Source: Nitrospinota bacterium
GTDB taxonomy: Bacteria > UBA8248
Direction of reading: 5' to 3'
Assembly (NCBI GenBank): GCA_046581755.1
Contig: JAYGFR010000236.1
Location: 1-13,148, forward strand
Length of the DNA: 13,148 nucleotides
The translations under genes and the position numbers were made by a program. Below the pieces are notes generated by a model. It searched no databases, was not told the DNA's origin, and saw nothing but the letters and a program-made list of their open reading frames with translations. Positions within the stretch are counted from its first letter, which is position 1. Every line of letters starts with the position of its first letter. Below, in pieces: positions 1 through 8,500 of the stretch.

Positions 1-2181
1 AAAAGCCTCGGGCGGGAGCACCCCTTTACGGCCACCACCCTGAATAATTTGGGCATCATCTACCGCAAACTGCGGCGCTACCAGGAGGCGGAGCCCTATA
101 TCCGCAGGTCGCTGGCCATCCAGGAGAAAACCCTGGGCCGCGATCATCCCAGGGTGGCCGCGGCGCTCCAAAACCTCGCGTCTTTCTACCACTACCAACC
201 CCGGCGCCAGTTAAAAAAAGCCGAGACCCTCTACAAGCGCGCGCTGGCGATCCACAAAAAAACCAGAGGCCCCGAACACCACGACGTGGCCACGGATTTG
301 GGGAATCTGGCCCTGCTCTATCAGCTTCAGCGGCGCTACAAGGAGGCCGAGACCCTTTTTCTGCGCTCGCTGGCCATCTACGAAAAAAGATTGGGGCCGA
401 ATCACCCGCAAATCGTCCGGACCCTCTCGAACATCTCCCGCTTCTACGGCGCGATCAAAAAGACGGGCAAGGCCTCGGCTTTTATGGGACGGGCATTTCA
501 GATGCGGGCGGCGCTCGCCCGGCGCGGAAAAAGGGGAGCCGCCACCGTTCGGAAGAGCGCCGAGGCGACGCGGAAACGGGTTGCCCGGCGGAGAAAAGAG
601 AGCGGGCCGCCGCCGAGAACCACCAGCGGGCCCGGCGGTTTTGCTTGCGGGAAATCTTTCACAAGCCCTCTTTTTCTGGAAACAAGGGATCGAGATCGAT
701 CCCGGCCACAGGGAGAGCCTCGCGGCCCTCGGCGCGGCGTTCTATGCCGATGGCCAGTACGCCAAGGGGGTGGCGTATTTTACCTGTGCCGTCAAACTCC
801 GGAAAACCGACTGGACCCTCCGCCTTTTCCGGGGAACGGTCCTCCACATGGCGGGCAAAAAATCCCGGGCCCAGTCCGCGTTCTGGGGGGTGATCGCCGG
901 CGCCCCGAACAAGGGGACGGTCCAGATTGCGGGAGACAAGCTCGACGGGTGCTTTTTCCGGGATGAGGCCGCTCCAGGGAAGATAAACAAGGAAAAAGTG
1001 GGTATCCGGGCGGAGCCCGGCCGGACGTGGGTGGGTCAGTTCGTCCGGATACCCTGGACGAAACCCGCCTCGAAACTCCACGACGATGGCACCAACGTGC
1101 CCGTCCTCATGGCGGCCAGTTTATTTGGCCGTACCCTTCGGCGGAGCAAGAAGCTGGCCGCCGTGTTGACCGGGGGGGATTATGTCGATCTTTTCGGAAA
1201 AAACATGTCCCGGGCGTTTGCCTACGCGCAAAACCGGTATCTGCTGACCTACCGGGGCTGGAAGGGAGATCCCAAGGAGGGAAATATTTCTTATCTCGCG
1301 GCAGGTCTCAATATATTCAATGTTTTGTTGAACCACGCCAGAGCGAGTCGATTACAGCCAGATTCCGCAAAATGGCGGGCCGCGCTCGGGCAAAAATTTA
1401 AGGCGCGAATCGAAAAAAATCTCGCCAAGGCCAAGGGAATTATGGAAAAGGCTCTTGAACTCATCCCGGACGATCCGCAGGCCCGGGCGAATCTGGGCCG
1501 GATATATGCGCGGATGGGCCAATTTTCCGCCGCCCTGCGGGAGGTGAACGCCGCTATCGCCCGCTGGCCGGATTATGCGGAGGCATATGTCACGCTCGGC
1601 GCGATTCGCATGATTCAAAACCGCAGGCGCGAAGGCATCGCGGCATATAAAAAGGCCATCGAATTAAAGCCCGCGATGTGGAGACCCTATTTCAACCTGG
1701 CGCAGGCGCTTGGGATCGTCGAGGGGTTAAAGTATGAAGTGTGGGCAAAGGAAGCCGCCCCCTGGCGCGCGAAATGGATCGATCGGCAAATTGCGAACTT
1801 GGCTCTTCGAAACATCAAGAGACGGAAAAAGTGCGGGCCGCCCGCGCCGGAAATATTCCAGCGAAGCCATACAGGCTGCCCCTGCCCTATACAGCGGAGC
1901 AAATCAAGAGCATGCCGCCGCGAAGCGTTGCGCTGGGTTTTGCCTCGGCCATCGATACGCTCGGCAGCGCGATAACGATGTTTCAACTCGCGAAAAAGGG
2001 GGTCATGAAGCCTGAACAATATACCCACGAGTTTCATTGTCCGGACGGAAGCACGCGAAAGTACATCCCTCGCTCGATCGGGGAGTTTGAAAAATTCATC
2101 AATCATTTCCGGAAAATGAGCTTCATGTATCGAAATGAAATAAAAAAAACGGGGCTTCGATCGGGTGAAAGGAAAATATAA
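1..2181 (+). CDS. Large tetratricopeptide-repeat protein, 5'-truncated by the window; apparently frameshifted three times
   Basis: Frame 1 is open from base 1 (KSLGREHPFTATTLNNLGIIY...) with 42-aa kinesin-light-chain-type TPR units (LG.DHP.VA..L.NLA..Y). Adding one base at each of A4 594-597, T4 639-642 and A5 1826-1830 joins ORF 49..966, a short frame-3 segment (ERAAAENHQRARRF), ORF 581..1975 (canonical TPRs such as ALELIPDDPQARANLGRIY and AIARWPDYAEAYVTLG) and ORF 1741..2181. The result is one reading frame of 727 visible aa ending at TAA 2179-2181. Confidence 0.8.
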
Positions 2182-2768
2182 CGCAGATCTTTCTTCGGGA
2201 TGCTCACTGAGATGGTTTGCCCCGGGGGAAGTGGCTGTAAATCAACGAGAATTTGCGTTCCGGATTTCTCAAGGAAAAAAAATTTCCTGGATTCGTAGTG
2301 GGATCCACGGCGCTACTAATTTATCCGGGTGGCCACGAGCGCCCACTTTTTGGCCGGATTACGGGAGGCGAAATGAAACTCGCGGACCTTCAAAAAAAAT
2401 GCACGGTGACATTGAGGCGAAGTAAATAAAAATAGGAGCGAAACCTTCCGGATGGTTCCATGAATTTCGGTGAAAGTATTTATTCATCGGGTAGCGCTTC
2501 CTCAAGTGACAATCCGGGCCATCTCCAATCATCGCAACCGGAGCCTGATCGGGCCGTCTTCCGCATGCCCGGACCGGTTGGCTCGCCCTGAACCCCGCCG
2601 GTGAACTTCATTCCCCCCGTTTTCCCTTTTCTGGATTCCCCCGCATAATACCTCCGACGGGGCGGGGCGCAAACGGAAGGATCCCCCGCTTTCAATAGCC
2701 CGGCGCGGAGAGGCTCCCCGCCCGGGCCGGAGAATTGATCCGGAGCCGCCCCATCGGGATGGAAAACC

Positions 2769-3557
2769 ATGTTTCTGCTGAAAAAATTCATCGCGGCGAT
2801 GATGTTTCCCGCCGCACTATCGGCCGAATTGATCGTCCTGGGCCTGGTTTTGATGCTGGCGATGCGGCGGCGGATGCTGGGAAGATTTTGCATCGGGGCG
2901 GGGGTCGCCCTGTTCCTGGCGCTGAGCCAGAACGCGGTCGGGGATGCCCTCCTCCGCCCCCTGGAGTCCGAGTTCGCGGCCCTGCATGATCCGCTGGCGG
3001 CGAAAACTGGGCGCACCGGCCGGAACCAGCCCCGCTGGGTCGTGGTCCTGGGCGGAGGACACCGCACCGATTCTTTCATTCCCCTCACCTCGCGCCTGAC
3101 GGGTGGTAGCCTGGGCCGGCTCATCGAGGGAATCCGCCTCCACCGCATGCTCCCGGACGCGATGCTGCTCCTCTCGGGGGGGGGACCTTTGGGCGGGACC
3201 ACCGAGGCCGGGGAAATGCGCCGGGTGGCCCTGTCCCTCGGGATGGAAGGCCGGAAAATCGCGATAGAGGACCGATCGCGCAACACGCGCGATCAGGCCG
3301 TCCTCATCCGCAAGATCGTCGGAAAGGACGGGTTCATCCTGGTGACATCGGCCTCCCACATGCCCCGGGCGGTCATGATGTTCCAGAAAGAGGGAATGGA
3401 CCCTCTCCCGGCCCCGGTGGACCACCTCGTCTCGAAAAGCCCTCTCCCGGCCCTGATGCAATTCGTCCCCTCGTCAATCGCCCTGATGAAATCGAGGCGG
3501 GCCTTCTACGAATACCTCGCCCTCACCTTCGCCAAGCTCCGGGGCCACATCGAATAA
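2769..3557 (+). CDS. elyC: YdcF/SanA/ElyC (DUF218) family envelope biogenesis protein
   Basis: Two N-terminal hydrophobic helices, then LLRPLE, VVVLGGG, RLIEGIRL, LLLSGG, E..SRNTRDQA, ILVTSASHMPRA and a terminal YEYLA, all characteristic of the DUF218/ElyC family. GGATGGA lies upstream of ATG 2769. Confidence 0.88.
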   Translation: MFLLKKFIAAMMFPAALSAELIVLGLVLMLAMRRRMLGRFCIGAGVALFLALSQNAVGDALLRPLESEFAALHDPLAAKTGRTGRNQPRWVVVLGGGHRTDSFIPLTSRLTGGSLGRLIEGIRLHRMLPDAMLLLSGGGPLGGTTEAGEMRRVALSLGMEGRKIAIEDRSRNTRDQAVLIRKIVGKDGFILVTSASHMPRAVMMFQKEGMDPLPAPVDHLVSKSPLPALMQFVPSSIALMKSRRAFYEYLALTFAKLRGHIE

Positions 3558-3795
3558 AAAAAGCGGCACACCCCCGGCCCGCGGCGGCCCGCACGGATAC
3601 CCCTCTTTGGCCGGGAGGAAATCACCTCCCCTCTCCGCAAATCTGTTAGACTTGGGCCAAAGCCGCTAATCGAAAATCATGCGTCCCGGTAGGGATACCG
3701 CCGCGTAGTTGCGAACGGCCATCGCCATATCGTTCCGGCGCCGTTTTCATAACGGGCCGGAAGAAAACGCGGGGCAACCGGATACCGGAGAAACC

Positions 3796-4644
3796 ATGAC
3801 GGAACGCAAGAAGGCCACCGACTTCGATCAAGAATTATTGGATCTCTTCGACGAGTACGTCCACAGGCTCATCGAGCGGCGGGAATTTCTCCACAAGGCC
3901 GCGAAGTTCGCCATCGGCGGGCTCACCGCCGTCTCGATTCTGGACGCGCTCTCGCCCGATTACGCCCTCGCCAAGCAGGTCGATGAGAACGACCTGCGCA
4001 TCCGGGGAGATTCCATCCGGTACCCCTCGCCCAAGGGCACGGAACTGTCAACGGCTACCTCGTCCGCCCCGCCGGCGGCGGCAAGCGCGGGGGCGTCGTC
4101 GTCGTTCACGAGAACCGGGGCCTCAACCCCTATATCGCCGATGTCGCCCGGCGGGTCGCCCTCGCCGGATTCACGGCCCTTGCGCCCGACGGCCTGACGC
4201 CGCTGGACAGATATCCCGGCAACGACCCCGAGGGCAAGGTGATGCAGCGCACGCTCACAAGGGCAAGCTCCTGGAAGACTTTATTGCCCCTACGGCCACC
4301 TCATGGCCGACCCCAGCTCCAACGGCAAAATCGGCGTCGTCGGTTTCTGCTATGGCGGCGGAGTCTCCAACGCCATGGCCGTCCGCCTGCCCGCCCTCGC
4401 CGCCGACGTTCCGAAAATTAAGGCCCCCCTGCTGATCCACTACGGCGCCCTCGACAGGCGGATCAACAAGGGCTGGCCCGCCTACGAGGCGGCCCTGAAA
4501 AAGCACGGCAAGGAATACACAGCGTATATTTACGAGGGCGCCAACCACGACTTCCATAACGACACCACCCCGCGCTACGACGAGGCCGCCGCGAAACTCG
4601 CCTGGTCCCGGACCATCGCGTTCTTCAAGGCCAAGCTCTCCTAG
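3796..4644 (+). pseudogene. yghX: YghX-like dienelactone hydrolase family gene (Tat signal), disrupted
   Basis: ATG 3796 follows GGAG. N-terminus DFDQELLDLFDEYVH...ERREFL (twin-arginine). Across successive frames: [42 protein letters not shown] (nucleophile Cys), HYGALD and [26 protein letters not shown]. Frameshifts near 4037, 4256 and 4288, plus loss of the conserved AVPFYG segment near 4404. Confidence 0.85.
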
Positions 4645-4700
4645 CCGGCCCAACCGCTGGGCTGATGCCGGGCGGAGCCGTATCTCACCCGCCGGAAACT

Positions 4701-4739
4701 CCCCCCGCCCCGCTGGACACCCTCCGGCGGAGCGGGGGG
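4701..4739. repeat. GC-rich inverted repeat (16-bp stem, 5-nt loop) downstream of the yghX-like gene; possible terminator or stabilising hairpin
   Basis: CCCCCCGC-C-CCGCTGGA / CACCC / TCCGGCGG-A-GCGGGGGG, with one mismatch and one G-U pair. No U-tract directly follows on the + strand. Confidence 0.5.
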
Positions 4740-4905
4740 CATTCACCGCGAAAACGGGGCGGGCGAAGAGGCTTCGATGGGGGGGAAGAAAGGAAGAGTC
4801 AGAATGATTCGTGAGGGCCAGAAAAATTTTCGCGCCCCCCGCCCGAAAAGGGCATGGGCGGAAGGGCATTGCCCCTTTTTCCATTTTCCGCATTTATTGG
4901 GCCCG

Positions 4906-5493
4906 ATGGCGGGAGGTGTCCTGCCCTATGCGGCGGCGGCCCTTTGGGCCTGTTTATTTCTCCCGTTTGGCGCAAAGGCGCAGGCGGCCCGGGCCGCCCA
5001 AGGGGGCACGGTATTTCTCAAGGCGTTCTATTCCCTGGATGAACCCCGGTTTCTTTGCGTCGATATTCCCGGGCACCACTCCCGCGTCAACGTCGCGGCC
5101 GCCCTCGTGGTCCACACCTGCAAGGAGGGCATTTGGAACCTCGACGAGCGCTTCGACCCATCCGCCATTTCGACCGGGCGGTTGAGAATGCCCGAATACG
5201 GGTTATGCGTATCCGTCGGCGGCGCCAGGTTGTTCTTGCGCGAATGCGCGGGCTCCGCCCTGCAGACCTGGGAATATATTAATTTTCGCCTGCGTCTCAA
5301 GCGCCACCTGGACAAATGCCTGACGATCGGGCCCGAGCCCTCGAGGGTGACGCGGGGCGGGCGCAGAAACGCCTCCCGCAACATGGCCCGCTCGCTCATT
5401 CTGTCGGCTTGCTCCGATGAAGCCTTCGAAAGGCAGCTCTGGCGGATGGAGCCGCCCCTCAAGCGCTCGTCCCCCATCCTTCCCCTGAAATGA
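4906..5493 (+). CDS. Secreted ricin-B-type (beta-trefoil) lectin-like domain protein
   Basis: Signal-peptide-like MAGGVLPYAAAALWACLFLPFGAKAQA. Three sub-repeats with paired Cys and QxW-type ends: LCVDIPG...HTC...DERF, LCVSV...LREC...LQTW and KCLTIG...LSAC...RQLW. The start is uncertain: the ORF is open from 4777, and ATG 4906 was chosen for the signal peptide. Confidence 0.7.
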   Translation: MAGGVLPYAAAALWACLFLPFGAKAQAARAAQGGTVFLKAFYSLDEPRFLCVDIPGHHSRVNVAAALVVHTCKEGIWNLDERFDPSAISTGRLRMPEYGLCVSVGGARLFLRECAGSALQTWEYINFRLRLKRHLDKCLTIGPEPSRVTRGGRRNASRNMARSLILSACSDEAFERQLWRMEPPLKRSSPILPLK

Positions 5494-5551
5494 TCCCACG
5501 GGGCGGGACCGGACAAGGGGAACGACCCCGCGCGCCGTGGCGGCGGGAAGG

Positions 5552-6445
5552 CTAGCGGGGCTTGCAGGCAAACGGCCATACGACCTTGGACCCGTCGGGC
5601 GCCAGCTTTCCATCAGTGGTCTTGTAAGCGAATTTCACCCACTTTTTATCGTCCGGAAGGTCCCGAATCTTTGCGGATTGAAGAGTCCCCCCTTTGAACA
5701 GGGCGAGCGGATCCATCCACTGCCCCCCGATGGGTACAAAAATTCTCCTGGCCCAGAATTTACTCCCCGGGCTGAAAAAAGCGGTCAGATGCAGATGGGA
5801 AAAACCCAAGACCCCGTAATGCCCCCCCTTGGTGCCGGTATTGCCGGCGTAGGCGATGACCTCGCCCATGCGAACCCGCTGCCCGATCGGAATTTTGGGC
5901 ATCTCCCGCAGATGCTTGTATTCGGTGTAGGTCCAGGCGGGAAGGCCTGTATCCTCGGGGGAATGCTGGAGCATGATCCCGACTCCTCCGATTCCCCTCC
6001 CCTCTTTCTTGCGAATTACCGTGCCGCCAGCGATGGCCAGGATCGGCATTCCCTCCGGTGCTGGGATATCCAACCCGCCGTGGTAGCCATTGTAGAACCT
6101 CTCGTTTCGCCAGCTGCCGTCCCCCCGCCGCTGTGACCCGAAAGGTGAGGTGACGGCTGGGCACTCCGCTTTTTCCGGATATACCGGCCTCAGCCCCGTC
6201 GGAAACAAACCGCGCGCCTTCATCTGCTCCAGGTCCGCCATGATGGGGGAGTAGGCACCGATCTCCTCCGGGCCGGGGCGCCCCTCCCCGATTCCGCCTC
6301 TCATCCCGCCGCCCCTGAAGCGGCCCCTGCCGCCCACCTGGGCATCCGTGAATTGCGGCGCGGCCAAAGCCAGTGCGGCCAACATGCCGCAGGCGGCGCA
6401 GACCATCATAAACCCAGAATTATACGGCAACGCCCTCTTTTTCAT
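5552..6445 (-). CDS. M23 family metallopeptidase (putative peptidoglycan endopeptidase), exported
   Basis: Zinc motifs HGGLD (HxxxD) and HLH (HxH), plus G.PILAIAGGTV, YTEYKHL, IGQRVRMGEVIAYAGNTG and MDPL. Hydrophobic N-terminal signal segment followed by a Gly/Arg-rich linker. Confidence 0.92.
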   Translation of the reverse strand: MKKRALPYNSGFMMVCAACGMLAALALAAPQFTDAQVGGRGRFRGGGMRGGIGEGRPGPEEIGAYSPIMADLEQMKARGLFPTGLRPVYPEKAECPAVTSPFGSQRRGDGSWRNERFYNGYHGGLDIPAPEGMPILAIAGGTVIRKKEGRGIGGVGIMLQHSPEDTGLPAWTYTEYKHLREMPKIPIGQRVRMGEVIAYAGNTGTKGGHYGVLGFSHLHLTAFFSPGSKFWARRIFVPIGGQWMDPLALFKGGTLQSAKIRDLPDDKKWVKFAYKTTDGKLAPDGSKVVWPFACKPR

Positions 6446-6528
6446 CCGGCCGATTTTCCATTTCTCTAGCGATGCCTACCCATGGCGAATAAGTATTTCG
6501 CGATGGACACCTTCCCAATTTGGAGCAG

Positions 6529-6879
6529 TCAGGATTTTCTAATATCCTGCAATTTTGACTCAAACTCTTGTTTGTCGATTTCGCCTTTCGCGTATCGAAT
6601 TTTCAATATCTCTTCTGCGGCCTCCCCCCCGCTTGGTGCAGAAATCGATCCACTCGGCCCGCTCCAGAGCCAACGGATGAGGGCAACAGCACCAGCGATG
6701 ATCAGTACCCAGAAGATGAGCATGAACAACATCATCCCTATCCCCCAGGCCCCCCACATGTAATGCATTCCATAGCCCCAGGGCCCAGCGCCCCAATCAC
6801 GGGGTTGCGCAGAGGCGAGGGACGCGAATGGGAGGATCGAAAAGAATAAGGCAGTTGTTAGCATCAATGGCTTTTTCAT
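6529..6879 (-). CDS. SHOCT-domain small membrane protein
   Basis: Signal peptide (...SLASA), Gly/Trp/Met-rich segment, one transmembrane helix and a C-terminal [26 protein letters not shown] typical of SHOCT domains. Confidence 0.85.
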   Translation of the reverse strand: MKKPLMLTTALFFSILPFASLASAQPRDWGAGPWGYGMHYMWGAWGIGMMLFMLIFWVLIIAGAVALIRWLWSGPSGSISAPSGGEAAEEILKIRYAKGEIDKQEFESKLQDIRKS

Positions 6880-6894
6880 AGCTTAGGCCCTCTA

Positions 6895-7102
6895 TTAAAC
6901 TATCGTTTCGGTATCTCGAAATTCCCGCATCAGATTCTCCATCCATTCAGACGATTCGAGTTCCATCTCTAGAATACGTGGGCTTCGGGCCGTCAGCTTC
7001 CCTCCCATGGAACCCCCATGGTCTGGCGGATGAGCGACCGCTGCACTCGTCATTGCCAAAACGAAAAACCGCTGCCAATACTGCATGATTTGTTCATTTC
7101 AT
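6895..7102 (-). pseudogene. Possible remnant of an exported His/Met-rich protein gene
   Basis: AAGGA RBS (7115-7111), ATG 7102, then AAA-TGA (stop at codon 3). Continuing and removing one T near 7066 gives TNHAVLAAVF-VLAMTSAAVA-HPPDHGGSMGG, a well-formed signal peptide. No recognisable domain follows. Confidence 0.35.
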
Positions 7103-7193
7103 AATTCCATTCCTTATCAGCAACTCTTTGGAAACCTCGGGGACAGTGAAAACCGCGCCAGCGGGAGGGCCGCCAGGTTCGGGATCAAGCGGC

Positions 7194-7216
7194 ACCCCCC
7201 CCCGGCGGGGGGGGGT
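7194..7216. repeat. Perfect homopolymer hairpin A-C9-GGC-G9-T in the divergent intergenic region
   Basis: Seen directly: a7194, C7195-7203, ggc, G7207-7215, t7216 (10-bp stem, 3-nt loop). Confidence 0.6.
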
Positions 7217-7370
7217 TATGACGGGTTTGAGAGATATTCTTTCGGACAAACCGAAGGGTCCGCCCGGTTCCGAACCCCTGCATTGCGTGCCGGCGAGCGG
7301 TGGCGCCGGATGCGGTTTTGTGATACATTTTAATCATGCCGCCCGAACGAGAACCGGGACGACCGGGTCG

Positions 7371-8429
7371 ATGAAGTTCGGAATCCTTTTCGTCTCGCAC
7401 CCCGATATATCCGCCGAGCCCTATCCGCATCGCAGCGTGCACGCACGGGTGACCCGCGAGATACAAGAAGCGGACCGGCTCGGTTACGATACCGCCTGGA
7501 TTGCCGAGCACCATTTCAGCAACACCTACGGAATCCTGCCGGACCCCTTCGCCTATATCGCCTACCTCGCGCCCCAGACCGAGCGAATCAAGCTGGGGAC
7601 GGCGGTGATGACGCTGCCGCTCCACAACCCGCTGCGTATCGTCGAGAACGCTGCCTTCGTCGACATCCTGACCGATGGCCGCTTCATCATGGGCCTCGGC
7701 TCCGGCTACCGGCCGTACGAGTTCGAGGGCTTCGGCGTCAACTTCGAGACCCGGCACGAGCGGCAGGAGGAGGCCTTGTCGGTGGTGCTCGAAGCCCTGC
7801 ACACGCGGAAGATCAAACACGACGGCGCCAACTACCGGCATGATGTGACCGGCGATTACGAGATTTTTCCCGCGAGCGTGCAACAGCCGCACCCGCCGCT
7901 CTATATGGCCGCGGGGTCCGAGCGTTCGATCGCCTTTGCCGCGCGGCATGGCTTCGGTCTCATGCTCTCCACCTTGCCGTCGTTCGAGACTCTGGCCGGG
8001 CAGACCGCGTTTTATCGCGAGAAGATGAAGGATGCGCCCGAGAAGTGGACCCGCAACCCGGCGTTCGGACAGATCGATCAAGCCCGCTGGGTTTATGTCG
8101 CCGAGACCGACGCCAAGGCGAAGGAGAAAAGCGAGGAGGGCATCCTGCAAATCCTCAAGACCTTCACCTCCCCGGGCGCGGGCGGCTACATGGGCCTCGT
8201 TTCGGAAAAGGGAGCGGACCCTGAACTCGATTACGACGAACTCGCCCGGACGACGCTTTTGCACGGCTCGCCCGATACGGTGATCGAGCGGATCCGCAAG
8301 ATGCAATCGATGACCGGGATGACCTCGCTGGTCCTGTACTACCCGCCCTACTACGGCGAAGAAAAGACGATCAAGATGCTGCGGTTGTTCGCCGAGACCG
8401 TGCTGCCCGAATTCCAGGGCAAGGACTAA
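7371..8429 (+). CDS. LLM-class (bacterial luciferase-like) flavin-dependent oxidoreductase
   Basis: MKFGILF start, ADRLGYDTAWIAEHHF, TERIKLGTAV..LPLHNPLRIVE.AA.VDILTDGRFIMGLGSGY...EFEGFG, QQPHPPLYMA, GSPDTVIERI and LRLFAETVLP. The upstream ORF extension to 7128 is not protein-like. Confidence 0.95.
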   Translation: MKFGILFVSHPDISAEPYPHRSVHARVTREIQEADRLGYDTAWIAEHHFSNTYGILPDPFAYIAYLAPQTERIKLGTAVMTLPLHNPLRIVENAAFVDILTDGRFIMGLGSGYRPYEFEGFGVNFETRHERQEEALSVVLEALHTRKIKHDGANYRHDVTGDYEIFPASVQQPHPPLYMAAGSERSIAFAARHGFGLMLSTLPSFETLAGQTAFYREKMKDAPEKWTRNPAFGQIDQARWVYVAETDAKAKEKSEEGILQILKTFTSPGAGGYMGLVSEKGADPELDYDELARTTLLHGSPDTVIERIRKMQSMTGMTSLVLYYPPYYGEEKTIKMLRLFAETVLPEFQGKD

Positions 8430-8500
8430 GCCGGAGTCTCCAACGCCGCGGAATGATTCGGAGCGAGCCGATTCTGCCGCCCACTCCGTTCAATGGCCGG

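Noticed and set aside
1823..1836. Programmed -1 ribosomal frameshift at G-AAA-AAG (and similarly at 9131-9136)
   Set aside because: Not full X-XXY-YYZ heptamers. The same one-base-short homopolymer pattern recurs in unrelated genes, so sequencing error is more parsimonious.
2165..2425. 86-aa ORF after the TPR gene
   Set aside because: No motif, atypical composition and several long A runs. Cannot be supported as coding.
2471..2610. 6S RNA, SRP RNA or a known riboswitch
   Set aside because: The hairpin shape is vaguely 6S-like, but I could not match conserved sequence motifs of 6S, SRP, RNase P, tmRNA or common riboswitches. It is kept only as an unassigned candidate.
7128..7370. 81-aa N-terminal extension of the LLM ORF
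   Set aside because: Runs through the C9/G9 hairpin and is Gly/Pro-rich. The family-typical start MKFG is at 7371.
7185..8306. 373-aa antisense ORF (likewise 2480..3286, 2817..3461, 4255..4893, 5028..5579, 5537..6136, 9212..9943)
   Set aside because: Shadow ORFs opposite well-supported genes in GC-rich DNA, with no recognisable motifs.
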